Assembly (NCBI RefSeq): GCF_018350175.1
Contig: NC_058368.1
Location: 102,550,001-102,614,000 of the forward strand
DNA: 64,000 nt
Direction of reading: 5' to 3'
Source of the DNA: Felis catus
Lineage: Eukaryota
The notes beneath the pieces are model-generated. The model saw only the letters and a list, made by a program, of their open reading frames with translations, ran no database searches and was not told the origin of the DNA. The position numbers and the translations under genes were made by a program. The first letter of the stretch is position 1; every line of letters begins with the position of its first letter. Of this stretch, positions 13,401-25,836 are shown in pieces.

Positions 13401-15319
13401 GAGAGAAGGCAAACCGATTGTGGAGGATAATCCAGCAATGGAGTAATGGAAACAGCTGCTCGCTTTCTACTTCAATGTCTGGCATCTGCTGCGGCATCAT
13501 GGAAAGGCTGGTGGAGGATTTGGGCAAGGAATGCAAACGGAGACAAGTGGCCAAATGGAGTTTGAGGCGGAAAAGCTCGATTGCTGTTTTTAAATCATGC
13601 TGTTCCCTTTGGGGAGCAGAAGCAAACAATATTACTTAACTCGGCTTCCACCTTCAAAGCCGTGTGGAGGTTCGGGAATGTGAATGGCTTTTCAATCAGT
13701 TCCTGGAGATGGGAAACAGCGTCAAGGGGAAAACCTAGTCGTTGGAGGAGCAGCCTCCGTTGGTCAAGGCTTTCGGCTCATCTGCCAGGGCTCTTCACTG
13801 AAAAGTTACATTCAAGGACTTTCCTATGTATTTCACTTACTTTGAAAACATACAGAGATTCTTCCATCACCACTGCTGACGTCTCAACTGGCTCAAGGGA
13901 CGATTTCTATTTGCTGTGCCTATTTTCCCCTTGGTTGCAAAGATTCAGTTCTAATTTCATCTCCATCACAAAGGAATTGGCAAAGAACGAACGCGCAGAA
14001 ACAGAAGTGAAGGGGTGCTGTGCTAGTCATAAGCCTATAATAAAGCACAGATTTGATAGCATTATCCATGTACTGTGGTGAACCACACACAAATAAACAG
14101 TTCTCCATGAAGAATGAAGACCCGAGGCCTCAGCCCTTCCAACTCAAACATTGTTGTTGCTTTTAACATGAGCCATCCATAAAATCGGCCAAGGAGGTGA
14201 CAGGAAATCCAAAAGTAATCTAGTCGGGCCCCGCACCCTTTGCAAAACAAAAGTTAGGAGCTGTTTTCCAGCTCATCCTGATGAGGTTCTAAGAGAAGGA
14301 TGGGCAAAACTGAAAAACGGAGGCACGGAAATAAATCGTATTTTTATGCCAAGCGGGTTCTAACACGCGGGTGTAGCAACCCAACAGAGTACGGCCTTCC
14401 AGAAAGGGGCAAGCTCGCTAACCTCGCCAGGAACAACTTCGACACGACCTTTGAACCTCCAGTGACTGAAGGCGAAAGAAAGACAAAAAGGTGTACCTAA
14501 AGGAACCCGAGGGCCAGATGTGCTTTCCTAAGGAACCAGACCAGTTTTCTTTCATCAAAACGATGAAGTGTGACTTCTAGAAGTTTATGAAAGTGTGACC
14601 AATTGGAACTTTGGCGTCTGTTGCTAATTGAAGCATATAAAAGAGTCCATTTCTGAAAACATACTACAAACACTTTTTTTTTTTTTTTTAATTCACTGCC
14701 ACATGACAAAAACCAGAATCAAGTTGACTGGTGGAAGATCGGTGCAACCAAAGACCATGCTATTATTTCAAACTGTCAGGGGAAGGCCGTAAAATTGCTA
14801 CCAGGTCTCCTTAAGTTACCCTTCAATAAAAAGAAGCCATCAGGGAAATAAGAGGAAAAGAAAACACATCAAAACCTTAAAAGTCCCTTTAAGTAAAATT
14901 ATACGTCTGTGGCACCAGGCCATCTGCTCTCTGGTTAACATAATAAGCCAATTCCACAAGCTAACTATCTGCTTTCTAAAATCATTAGATACAACACAAA
15001 ATATAATCAATAGGCTTTTAAACTGTAAGAGCTGCATTCATATGGCATTATTGGAATATGCCTAAATGTCCCTTGTAGGCACATTTTTCTTAGGGTGCTA
15101 GCTGACAATGAGGGTTCCCAGGAGGCAAAAAAGCTGGGCAACGGAGCCAGAGTAGTCACCGTGAATAATCATCAAACTGAGGAGGAGGGTGGGGATGAAA
15201 AGGAGAGAGCAGCTTTGATAAAATCCCTACTGTGTTTACTCACCACTTCAAACTCATTTGTGCTAACGAAAACCCCCTGCCCTTTGAGTTCTCTCTTACC
15301 ACTACGATGTATATATTTT

Positions 15320-15526
15320 TATTTATTTTTTTTTTAAGTTTATTTTTGAGACAGAGACAGAGCATGAATGGGGGAGGGTCAGAGAGAGGGAGACACAGAA
15401 TCCGAAACAGGCTCCAGGCTCGGAGCTGTCAGCACAGAGCCCGACGCGGGGCCGGAACTCACGGACTGCGAGATCGTGACCTGAGCGAAGTCGGCCGCCT
15501 AACCGACTGAGCCATCCAGGCGCCCC
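15320..15526 (-). mobile_element. CAN-SINE
   Basis: TSD gatgtat(a/g)tattttta. Confidence 0.92.
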
Positions 15527-15558
15527 TGATGTATGTATTTTTAAATCTTCATCTAGCC

Positions 15559-15742
15559 GGGCACCTGGGTGGCTCAGTCAGATAAGCGTCAGACTTCTGC
15601 TCAGGTCACGATCTCACGGATCAGGAGTTCGAACCTGGCATCGGGCTCTCCGCTGTCAGCTCACAGCCTGCTTCCGGTACTCTGCCCCTCCCCCGCTCAG
15701 GGGCGTGCGCTCTCTCAAAAATAAACATTGAAAAACTAAAAC
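15559..15742 (+). mobile_element. CAN-SINE, head-to-head with the previous copy
   Basis: TSD aaatcttca(tc/ct)tagcc. Confidence 0.88.
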
Positions 15743-16349
15743 ACAAATCTTCACTTAGCCTCACCATGGCGGGGGCGGGGGGTAAAGTCTTCGAAATACC
15801 AAAAGCGATGCGGGTACTTCCAGGCCCATGACCTATAAAAATATATTTGCTTTGTGATCCTTTATTTCAGTTCTTCAGGCAAAACCCATAATCTGTTCTC
15901 ATACCTTACCAGAGGTGTTTCTAACCAAAATTTAGCACGTACACAGAATCCAGCATAAGGAACAATGTGCCAATCTCAGTCCCTTGAAGATACTTTGAGT
16001 TCTCCAACAAACATTACAAACAACCCCACTGCTGGTCAATAGACTATGAAGAGTTTAACCTTTCATTCAGTTGCAACAGCTTTGTTCCAACTGCCAAAAA
16101 GCTTTAGTTTAGGTTAAAAAGAACTTGCAAGAGGCACCAAGCAGGCACTTCGTGAAACTTCATCCGGTTCAGAGAACTGAGCCCCACAGGGGCCTGGGCA
16201 GTGACGGCCCCATTTACTCGGTGGCGGAGTAGAACGTAAAATTGGAAAATCGAGAGTGATGCTTTTTTGTCAAGAAAAACAGCCCATACCTACTAGATAC
16301 TTTCGGTCTACTCCCAACCCAGTATCCATATATGCAATTATAACCCTAC

Positions 16350-16751
16350 TGCTAAAAAAGAGAGAACAGGCCCAAAATGGAGTCACTTATGCCAAGCCAA
16401 CGTCAGCAAAACAAGACTTTTTACACATCAATTAACTGCAGTTTTAGCCTCTGCCTAGGAATGCAATCTTTAAGCGATCTGGGATTACCTGGGCATGGTC
16501 AGCACGAGAAAGAAAATGTACCCAAAAGACCCTTTCTGTCCGCCTGAGGAAGGCGACCCTGCCGAAAACAAGGTAGCTCCGCTAATCAACTTTCTTTTCC
16601 TACACCCTTTCTACCTTTAAAAACCTTTCCTTCTCTGTGAGTCTCCAAAGCTCCTTTCTATTGGCCACACTGGATGCTGCCTGATTCATGAATACTTCAA
16701 TAAAGCCAATTTGGTCTCAAAAGTTACTCAGTTGTGTTTTGCTATTTAACA
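16350..16751 (+). mobile_element. 5' LTR
   Basis: Starts TG (tgctaaaaaagagagaacaggcccaaaatggagtcactt), AATAAA near 16699, ends ...atttaaCA, followed by gctttggc (degenerate PBS position). Confidence 0.8.
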
Positions 16752-18018
16752 GCTTTGGCAAGAGCACTGGAGACAAGGAAGGAGAAACACAGGCGTGGTA
16801 TCCTCGAAGAAGAAAACTTTTGGATTATCTTTCTCACCGTTTCCAAGGGCAGGGCCATGGGTGAGTTCCTCTGGGTTCTGAGATCAACTCTCTGGCCTAT
16901 CTAACGGGCTTTCTGCATTTCCTCATTGGATTGGAATCCCTCTCCAAATTCTCTCCCCACAGTGGTTACCAGGCGGGGTCCAACTTAAAAAAACCAGACT
17001 GGATCTGATTAAGCTGTTCTGGGTCCAATGCGAGGTCTGAGGTGAAGAAAAATTGGTTTTAAGTAAAGGCTATTGCTCATGGGAATCTCTGAAGACCAAA
17101 ACAAAACAAAACAAAAACACTCGCAAAAAGCCACAAAACTGATAGCACGGGTCAGGCGCTTAAAAGCTATTAGAGCGCTCACCACCCAGGGCAGAGCCTT
17201 CCATGTTAGGAAAAGTGGGCGGAACAGGGTTAGACTGACCCCAGGTCGCCTGCCAACCTCAAGAAAACTTCCAAGCAACAGGGTATCCCGTACAACACCA
17301 CGCGATCCCCAACCCAAACACACATCCCTCTTAGTTATCAGTTTGGCCCCAAGCCAGCCAGAGACTGAGCCAAAAAAATGAGATCCTGAAAACCTAAAGA
17401 ACACCACCTCCAGGCATGCCTGTTTATTTGGTGTCCAAGAGCTAAGGTCTCAGAAGCCATAAATCGATATAAAGATGGCAACAAAACGAAACAAATGAAA
17501 AAAAAAAAAAAAAAACACCTTATGGAGCTTGTTTTCGGTGCTAAGAACATGACAGCATAACCATAGGTTTGGGGGCCTCAAAATATAGCCGGACACACAT
17601 GTGGGTTCAACTCCACTGGTGGCCAGGGTCCTACCCAACTGCTGCCGGCCCTCAGGGGATGTAGAACGGCCTTGAAGAGGAACGCTCCTATTAGATAAGA
17701 ACCCTGAAGAAGTGCGCTTAAAAGCAAGGATTCCCAAATCAAACAGACGGAATGGATTACCTATTTGAAGCCTCCAAAGTCTTCAAAATTCCAAATTGAC
17801 TACACGGAAAGATCCATTGCCAAGTGCTCGTGAAAAATTAAAAATACAAACGGTACTTAAAAAACTCTCAACCTAACTCCCACTGCTCCCCTCCACCCTT
17901 TGAGTACTCATTCTATTGATGCTTCATCTAAGTCCACTTTTCACTCTGAAAAGACTATTAAATGGTTTGGAAATAAGACGACCAGAGGCTACAGGTGACC
18001 TGACGAGGTTATACGTCC

Positions 18019-18075
18019 TTCACTCCTTGGACAAAGGCCAAACTAAGGGCCTCAGTTTAAAACTTTGCCAAACCT
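18019..18075 (+). pseudogene. Retroviral gag (capsid-start) remnant, interrupted by a SINE
   Basis: FTPWTKAKLRASV*NFAKP resembles the class I ERV gag motif PWTKAELRAIVKDFP. Confidence 0.45.
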
Positions 18076-18076
18076 A

Positions 18077-18370
18077 GGGCACCTGTGTGGCTCAGTCAGT
18101 TAAGTGGTTATGCATCCAACTCTTGATTTCTGCTCAGACCATGATCTCACGGTTCGTGATTCGAGCCCCACATGGGGCTCTGCAGGGACAGAGGGGAGCT
18201 TGCTTGGGATTCTTTCTCCCCACCCCCCCCATCTCTGCCCCTCCCCAGCTCATGCACTCTCTCTGTCTCTTTCGCTTTCTCTCCAAATAAATAAATGTTT
18301 AAAAAAAAAAAAATCTCTCCCTCTCCCCCACTTGCACTTTCTCTCTAAAACTAAAAAATAAATAAATAAA
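18077..18370 (+). mobile_element. CAN-SINE nested in ERV gag region
   Basis: Head, CT region, duplicated tail. Confidence 0.88.
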
Positions 18371-18639
18371 TTTCCTAAACCCAGAAGACATCCTCCAAAT
18401 TTTCTGTAAACAGATTATCTCCTAAGATTAATGAATTAATTAAAAGGCGGAAAATAAGATGAGGTCATGACAATAGTTGAACACTTTGAAAAGAAGACTA
18501 TGGAACAAGACAGTAAACAAAATCTGCCCCATTAGAAGCCTTACAGACAATCCCTTAAACGCCCTTGGAGGATCCCATACAGGCCCCTTCTGGTTGACAA
18601 CACTCAGGAATTTTCTTCACCGTTTTTTGGGGTTGTCTG

Positions 18640-18828
18640 TTTTGTTTTTGTTTTTTTAATTTGAGAGAGGGAAAGAGAGAGCGTTAAGTGGAGGAGAGAG
18701 AGAATCCCCAACAGGCTGCACACTCAGCACGGAGCCCCACAGAGGGCTGGATCCCACAACCCTGGGATCATGACCTGAGCCCCAATCAAGAGGCAGACAC
18801 GCAACTGACTGAGGTATCCAGGCACCCC
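18640..18828 (-). mobile_element. Older CAN-SINE nested in ERV
   Basis: Diverged reverse head ends ggcacccc. Confidence 0.8.
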
Positions 18829-19743
18829 ACAACTCAAGAATTTTCCGGTAGATTGCTGTGTTATCCCCTTAAAACGCCAAGGGGAAACCAAAATGAAAAT
18901 TCATGAAAAACCTTGCCAAGTTCTGGTGCATACTTTAAACCCCCTCAAAGCCTACAGATGGGATCCTGGGAAAACTAACAAAAGCCAGCTAAGGATGAAA
19001 ATTCTTAACCAGTCAGGTCTCCCAAATGTCTGTAGCGCCCGGTAGAAAGAGGAAAATAAAATACGTTTTGCACTCTCTTTGGGGACACCTCTCACGTCCA
19101 AGAGGTTGTTCACTATTGCCAGAGATATTTACTGTTCATCCTGGGTGAAAGTGAAAACTGACAAGATATTTTGAAGAATTTTTTTGTTTTTAGTAGATGG
19201 CCAAATTGGAAGCTATTATTCAGAGCATGATAACCTTTTTTTAGGTCTTCTCCCCTAACCGAAATAAAACCTCACCCAGAAGAAAAGACTAGCTTTCTCA
19301 AATCTTTGTGTAAGGGTCCCTAAACCCTTAGAAAACATAAAAACCCCAACTTTTTTTCAAGGCCACGCGGTCTACAATAATTTTTTGTGAGTAACAACTA
19401 GATTGAGCTTGTTGGTTTCATTAAAATTAAAGTTGCCTTAGAGTTATCAACACTGAATACACGGCAGACGTACAACTTTTATTCTGCCTGGGTTTGTTCA
19501 TCAAGTAACTTCATGTTATCTCTGCTACAAAAATTTGTCAACCAGAAAAATGACTTGGGACGATGACTGAATTTGTCTAATACCTAATGAAATTTTCATA
19601 GGTAATTAAACGTAATTGTTAAGCACAAATGATTTAAATAGATGCAAAGGAGATCAAAGTTTCTCTGTGAGCATTTCAGCAATTAGTCTCCAAAATTTTT
19701 TGGCTACTATTTTTTAGCTACTCTTGCTAAGTTAAATAAGTCA

Positions 19744-19966
19744 GGGGCGCCTGGGTGGCTCGGTCGGTTAAGCGTCCGACTTCAGCTCAGGTCGCGGTCT
19801 CGCGGTCCGTGAGTTCGAGCCCCGCGTCGGGCTCTGCTCTGACAGCTCAGAGCCTGGAGACTGTTTCGGATTCTGTGTCTCCCTCTCTCTCTGCCCCTCC
19901 CCTGTTCACGCTCTGTCTCTCTCTGCCCCAAAAATAAATAAACGTTAAAAAAAAAATTTTTTTTTT
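19744..19966 (+). mobile_element. CAN-SINE nested in ERV
   Basis: Near-consensus; TSD ataagtca. Confidence 0.92.
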
Positions 19967-20474
19967 AAATGATAAGTCAGGTCCACTGAATATCTAGATC
20001 ATCTCTAAATTAAACACTGAAACGTTACTAAAAATGAGTTTATCCATTTTGTGCTTCTTTTACAGAGGAACTGAAGATATGTGGGTCTATTAGTAACCAT
20101 GTTTTGTGCCACAATGAATTTACTATGAGAAAACGTGTATTTCTACAAATTAGGAAGACTAGTCATGAACTTGCCAAGCCACGAAATGCTAGTGTTAAGA
20201 GTACACTATTGTTTACTTCTTCATTTTCATGAGAATGGAAAGCTTTTAAGGGTTAAAAATTCTAATCTATGTAAGTGAAGCTACTAGAAATAATAAGGGA
20301 AACGTCTCTGTATTGCGAAGAAAGGATGTGTAAAAAAAGAAATAGATGAGGAATGGAGATGCGTTTTGTTAAAGGAAAATAAAAGTATTCTGTCCTCAAG
20401 TGAGGGTGTTTATTTCAGGATGGGGAAATAGGAAAAACAGATGACAAAATCTGAATGTAACAAAGAACGTTTGT

Positions 20475-21277
20475 GGGGCACAGGGCTGGCTCCGTCATTA
20501 GAGCATGCATGCTACTCTTGATTTCCGGGGTTGTAGGTTCAAGCCCCACATTGGGTGTAGAGATTACTAAAAATAAAATATGCAAAAAAGAAAGTCTGGG
20601 AAATTTATGCATGATCAAGCTAAATAAGATTGAATACATTTGTTATAATGGTTTTTAAATAAGCTTTAATGTCAGCAGTGTACTTAACACAGAACGAAAC
20701 CTTAGCATTTTTTCATCTGCTAAGTTTTCTTGGGCTATTGGTCTGTTCTGTAAGACATCATACAACTATTTAACTTTCTGTATTTGCCCAAAAAGTTGGG
20801 ACCTGACTTGGGCTCAGGTCATAATCTCACAGTTTGTGGGTTCGAGCCCCGGGTCAGGCTCTGTGCTGACAGCTCAGAGCCTGGAGCCTGCTTCAGATTC
20901 TGTGTCTCCCTCTCTCTCTCTGCCCCTTCTCAGCTCTCTCTCTCTCTCTCCCTCCCTCTCAAAATTAAATAAGCGTTAAAAACATTTTTTGAAAAAAATC
21001 CCAAATGAAGTCTTTTTGGCTTAGAACTAACTGACATTTTTCAGAGGGTTCCTAGAACATCTGAAAAGATTTGTTTTCCCTTCTTATAAAAAGGGAGCTG
21101 TTAAATTAAGTGTGTTTATCTGGGGCACCTGGATGGCTCAGTTGGTTAAGCATCTGACTTCCTCTCAGGTCATGATCTCACGGTTTGTGGGTTCGAATCC
21201 TGCATTGGGCTGTGTGCTGACACCTGGGAGCCTGGAGCCTACTTCAGTTTCTATGTCTCCCTCTCTCTCTACCCCTC

Positions 21278-21327
<50 letters not shown>

Positions 21328-21580
21328 AAAAGTAAAGAAACAAAAAAAATTTTTTTTAATTGAGTCAAGGGGCACCTGGGTGGCTCAGGTGGTTAAGCGT
21401 CCGACTTCAACTCAGGTCATGATCTCGCAGTTCGTGAGTTCGAGCCCCGCGTGGGGCTCTGTGCTGACAGCTCAGAGCCTGGAGCCTGCTTCGGATTCTG
21501 TGCCTCCCTCTCTCTCTGCCCCTCTCCCGCTCACACTCTGTCTCTCTCTCTCAAAAATAAATACACGTTAACAAAACAAA
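20475..21580 (+). mobile_element. Cluster of plus-strand CAN-SINEs nested in ERV (20475 short form, ~20800 5'-truncated, 21122, 21369)
   Basis: Four recognisable SINE heads/bodies separated by ERV internal sequence. Confidence 0.85.
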
Positions 21581-22694
21581 AAACTAAGTAGGCTTATCTG
21601 ATATGTTAAATTACACAGGAAGCACTGTCAGATAAAAAACAATACTTAGGACTTCTTTTTTCCCTTCCCCTTCCCCAATACCAAGACTTCTTTATGTTGT
21701 ATTTGTACAGACTTATATGAGTAGTATTCCAGAAACTGTATAAAATTCCTAAAGTCCAATATGTCCTGCTATAATATTGTCATCGTAAGTCCAGGTATCA
21801 TTTTAAAATCTGTGTCAAAGAAACAACCAAGTCTTCCTGTCAATTCCCTTATAATGAACTCTCATCAGATCTTTAACAATTGACTTTTTTTTTTTGAGTT
21901 TTTATTTTAAGTAGGCTCCGCAGCCAACAGGAGGTTTGAACTCATGACCCAGAAATCAAGAGTCCCAGGCTCTAGCGACTGAGCCAGCCAGACGCCCCTA
22001 CCAATGGACATTTTTTAAGTCGTTTCACTTTCAGACAATTATTGTTTTATTCAAACGCTTTCGCCAAAGTGTTCCTGCAAAGGGTATGTCATCTTAAGGG
22101 CTTCACAGAAAGGACTCTGGCAAACACAAGTTTCTGATAACTTTAAGATCATAAAAATGAACTGGTTAAGAATTTCCAGAACTAATGGAAAAAGCGGATT
22201 CAAGCAGAACAAAAATTAATAGCATGGGGCTGAATGAAAGGAGGAGGAGGATTATAGTTTTTACGACACCTTGGTTGAGATAGTGCTAATTCTTTAATGT
22301 TATTTTTCCAGATTCGAGGGAACTTTTTCCCTTAAGCTATTAATGGCTTAATAATTTGGTGAAGTACGCCTTTATAAACAAAGATGAAACATTTACTTTC
22401 CCCCATTCCTCCAGAATTTGGAAACTCTTGGGTATTCTTTCAACAGCAAAACAGTTATTTACTTAAGTTCAATGAGAATCCCTTCTGTTTGTAACAGGAC
22501 AATTGGAAACTGTGTTATATTGCCAAGACTTTGACTAGAATCTTGTATTCGAGAGACGTGTGCTTAGACTCAGGACCAGAGTGTTTTTAAAAAAATAGGT
22601 TGACTTTATGGAGCTAGAATAAAGCCCCTTGGAAAAACCGGCATAGTACCTTGCTTACAAGGTGCCAGCAAAGAGCTTTTTTGGTCAATCGCTA

Positions 22695-22890
22695 TTTTTT
22701 TTTTTTTTAAGTTTATTTATTTGCGAGAGACAGAGGGGAGGGGAGGGGCAGAGAGGGAGACAGAAAATCCCCAGCAGGCTCAGCACTGCTATCACAGAGC
22801 CCTTCTCGGGGCTCAGACTCACGAAACCATGAGATCAGGACCTGAGTGGAAACCAAGTGATACTTACCTGCCTGAGCCATCTAGGCACCT
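22695..22890 (-). mobile_element. CAN-SINE nested in ERV (a short minus-strand copy also lies at ~21885-21978)
   Basis: Poly-T, (GA)n, diverged head; flanks share ggtcaatc. Confidence 0.82.
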
Positions 22891-23181
22891 AGGTCAATCA
22901 GCACCTTTGCTACACTTATGTAAATAATCAGAGCAAGTTTCAAGCGAACAGATTACTTTTACTGTAATTATCTTTGGTATATAACATGGAGATAACTGTA
23001 CAGAGAAAAGACGTTTGCACGTTTATCTGTTCCAATTCTATTAATTGCCTTTGAGATTCCGTTATTTACCTATAACCGGACCAGGCCCTGAAAGCTTGTA
23101 GTTTCTTGAATTATCTGGCTACAGCTCCAGCTGACGCTTCCAATTTTCTCGCACCCTTCTGATCTGCGATCACTAAGAACA

Positions 23182-23300
23182 AAGACTGCCCTTCAGTATC
23201 TTTGGAAGGGATGGACCAGGTCCCCCTCACTGCCCAGCTGGCAGCCAAACTTCAGAGACTCGAACTTCAGATACACAATGTATCTCAGAGCTGAAGAAGT
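23182..23300 (+). pseudogene. Retroviral integrase C-terminal (GPY/F-like) remnant
   Basis: KTALQYLWKG / frameshift / DQVPLTAQLAAKLQRLELQIH resembles the class I ERV motif LEPRWKGPYQVLLTT..AAKLQG..PWIH. Confidence 0.55.
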
Positions 23301-23600
23301 CTCCCCCTGACAGGTCCTGTACTCCATACCCCTGCCAGAGACCTCAAAATCAAATCGACTGAGAGGCCAACATCGAGGTACGCGGCTCCTTTCATAATCC
23401 AACCTCCAAACAACGGCTGGACTTACCACTATGCTCCTGCCTCAGTGTCTCCCAAACAAATCGGCCCCTCCTCTATTTTGTCAGACTCCCTAACCCTGAC
23501 GGTCCGTTTCCACGTCTCTGGTTAACACCCCCAAGCCCAGGGAACCTTACAGCCTGGTTCAGTACAAAGAAGGGGATACAAGTCAAGAGTAACCAGAATA

Positions 23601-23829
23601 GGGGCGCCTGGGTGGCGCAGTCGGTTAAGCGTCCGACTTCAGCCAGGTCACGATCTCACGGTCCGGGAGTTCGAGCCCCGCGTCGGGCTCTGGGCTGATG
23701 GCTCAGAGCCTGGAGGGAGCCTGCTTCCGATTCTGTGTTTCCCTCTCTCTCTGCCCCTCCCCCATTCATGCTCTGTCTCTCTCTGTCTCAAAAATAAATA
23801 AACATTAAAAAAAAAAAATTAAAAAAAAA
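23601..23829 (+). mobile_element. Young felid CAN-SINE nested in ERV
   Basis: Perfect TSD aagagtaaccagaata. Confidence 0.95.
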
Positions 23830-23949
23830 AAGAGTAACCAGAATAAAAACACCTGTGTGGTCTACAAACCTTTACACTTTACTGGCTGCCGCGGCTGCAC
23901 CAAGGGGCTCTCATGATTCAAAATCAGCTAGCTCCCTTTGGCAGGTCTC

Positions 23950-24420
23950 AGTTTCCCTGATTAGGAATAAATATGAGGCTATGATTAGGAACCCGTCCTT
24001 AACTCCTGAAAATATTACAGAATCCGCTGCTAATGCAAAAGCCGTCCCCCAAACATCTTAGACCCTCCGGCCAAGGTTATTCTTGAGAACGGGGCAGCCC
24101 ATGCTTATCCTTGAGTTAAACAAGGAGGTGCCCATGCTACAGCCCATACTGTCTGTCGTACCTGAATGAACATTTCTCGCAGCAGAGTTCAAACTCAGTT
24201 ACCTAAGATCAGTGAGCAGGCCACTTGCCTTCAAAAGGGAGTCTTTCTTCAGTGGAGTCTTTCTTTGACCTACTGGATTTTGATTGGTTTGGGTGGTGGG
24301 CACCATGGCTTCAAAGTGCACTCCAGGCACTGGGAACTATCCTGCTTACAATAATCGCAGTAATCTCCCTGGCAAGCTGTATTCTCTCAGAAGCTTTAAA
24401 GGCATGTTCGCAACCGCTAA
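23950..24420 (+). pseudogene. Retroviral env transmembrane-subunit remnant
   Basis: MIRNPSLTPENITES...; after a frameshift AKVILENGAAHAYP*VKQGG...TVCRT*MNIS...VQTQLPKISEQATCLQK (degenerate immunosuppressive domain and CX6CC region); then FFDLLDFDWFGWWAPWLQSALQALGTILLTIIAVISLASCIL (membrane-proximal region plus TM helix). Stops and frameshifts present. Confidence 0.8.
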
Positions 24421-24639
24421 CCACCAAGCAGATGAGCTCCCTAAGACTGGAATGCCAGAAAAGGACTGAAGAAAATAACCAAGCAAAAACTGGTGAGCCC
24501 GAAGCCATGACCCGAGAAAACCACCCAAAGGATCAACAAGAACTGGGTGACGTCAGAGGGTTCTCCCGCAGTGGTGCTAACGCCTTAAAGTTTGATCATG
24601 TCTCTCACAGTTCAGCTAAGTCTAATCAAAGGGGGAAAG

Positions 24640-25011
24640 TGCTGCAAAAGAAACAACAGGTCCAAAATGGAGTCACTTGTGCTAAGCCCCCCATCAGCAA
24701 ACCAAGACTTACCAGTAATCTAACTGTAGATTCAGCTTCTCCCAGGAATGTAGCCTTTAACCCATCATTTATGGGATTACCTGGTTAGCGCTAGTGAGAA
24801 AACCAAGAGACCCCTTCCATCCCCCTTAGGAAGGCACTCTGCTAATAAACTTCCTTCTCCCGCCCCCTGTCCGCCTTTCAAAACCTTACCTTTCCTACAG
24901 CTCTTTGGAGCTCCTTTCTTTTTGCTAGATGAAATACTGCCCAATTCAGGAATCCCCGAATAAAGCCAATTTGATCTTTCAATTTACTCAGCTGAATTCT
25001 GCTGTTCAATA
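24640..25011 (+). mobile_element. 3' LTR
   Basis: Starts tgctgcaaaagaaacaacaggtccaaaatggagtcactt after the PPT; aataaagccaatttg at 24959 matches the 5' LTR. Confidence 0.8.
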
Positions 25012-25774
25012 ATTATACATACACCTAAGAAATGCGAGTTACAGGGCACCAAGCTGATCCGTATATTGGCCTCTAAATGATGACCTAAGTCATTCCCGAG
25101 GGAAAGATTTCACCTGTTCTCTTTCCCCGTCTATAACCTGAAATGCACAGATTGAGAATACTCTTTATTGGCCAACAATCCTAATGAAAAAGGCTTATAG
25201 CCACTGTGATATTGCTAGGGATTGCCCAATATCTCCTTAGTTCTGGCTTCCATGTTCTACAAGAGCGCTACACAAGTAACTTACGAATAAACTGTTTATG
25301 TATTCAAGCAAAACCCTTGATGTTCAGATCACTGGCAAGTTCAGAGTGCTGGCAATCAAAACTATGTTGTGCCGCGGTAATTACTATGAAAAACTTTCAG
25401 GGCTTAATATTAAAGAATAGAATAACATGATCCTTCCACCTCTTCTACACCTCTAGCGTGTGTGCAACATGGCAATTATCTCCGCTCAAGAAGTGGAGTT
25501 GAAACTGCAATGAAACTCAATTATACCCATGACTTTTTAAACACACACTTCAAAAGGCAGGTTTCATCACATTCAAATCGCTGAGCAAAATCTTGTCCCC
25601 CAACTTCCAAAAAATAGATTTTTATCCCTCTCCCACGAGGCAAACGGGATGACTGAGGCACGATGAAAGACAAAGAGAGATCCCACCTGGTGTAGCCAGT
25701 TCATAGGGCTCTACCAGATGTCCTTACCACCCAACTTTAAAAAAATAAAAATAAACCGGATCACACACTTGTTA

Positions 25775-25792
25775 ACACACGCGCGCGCGCAC

Positions 25793-25834
<42 letters not shown>
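25775..25834 (+). repeat. (CA)n/(CG)n alternating purine-pyrimidine microsatellite
   Basis: acacacgcgcgcgcgcacacacgc(ac)n. Confidence 0.95.

Positions 25835-25836
<2 letters not shown>

Larger units (their letters stand above)
16350..25011 (+). mobile_element. Degenerate class I (ERV1, MER4-group-like) endogenous retrovirus with two LTRs, antisense to ZNF608
   Basis: Two homologous direct repeats (16350-16751, 24640-25011); polypurine tract aaagggggaaag immediately before the 3' copy; gag-, integrase- and env-like remnants in the correct order; about 10 nested SINEs. Confidence 0.85.

Noticed and set aside
13026..14081. Several overlapping 95-175 aa ORFs
   Set aside because: Expected stop-codon scarcity in a GC-rich island; no homology or splice support that I can recognise.
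16340..25020. Target-site duplication and specific tRNA primer-binding site for the ERV
   Set aside because: Flanks (cctac versus attat) do not match, and the sequence after the 5' LTR does not cleanly match a tRNA 3' end that I can name.
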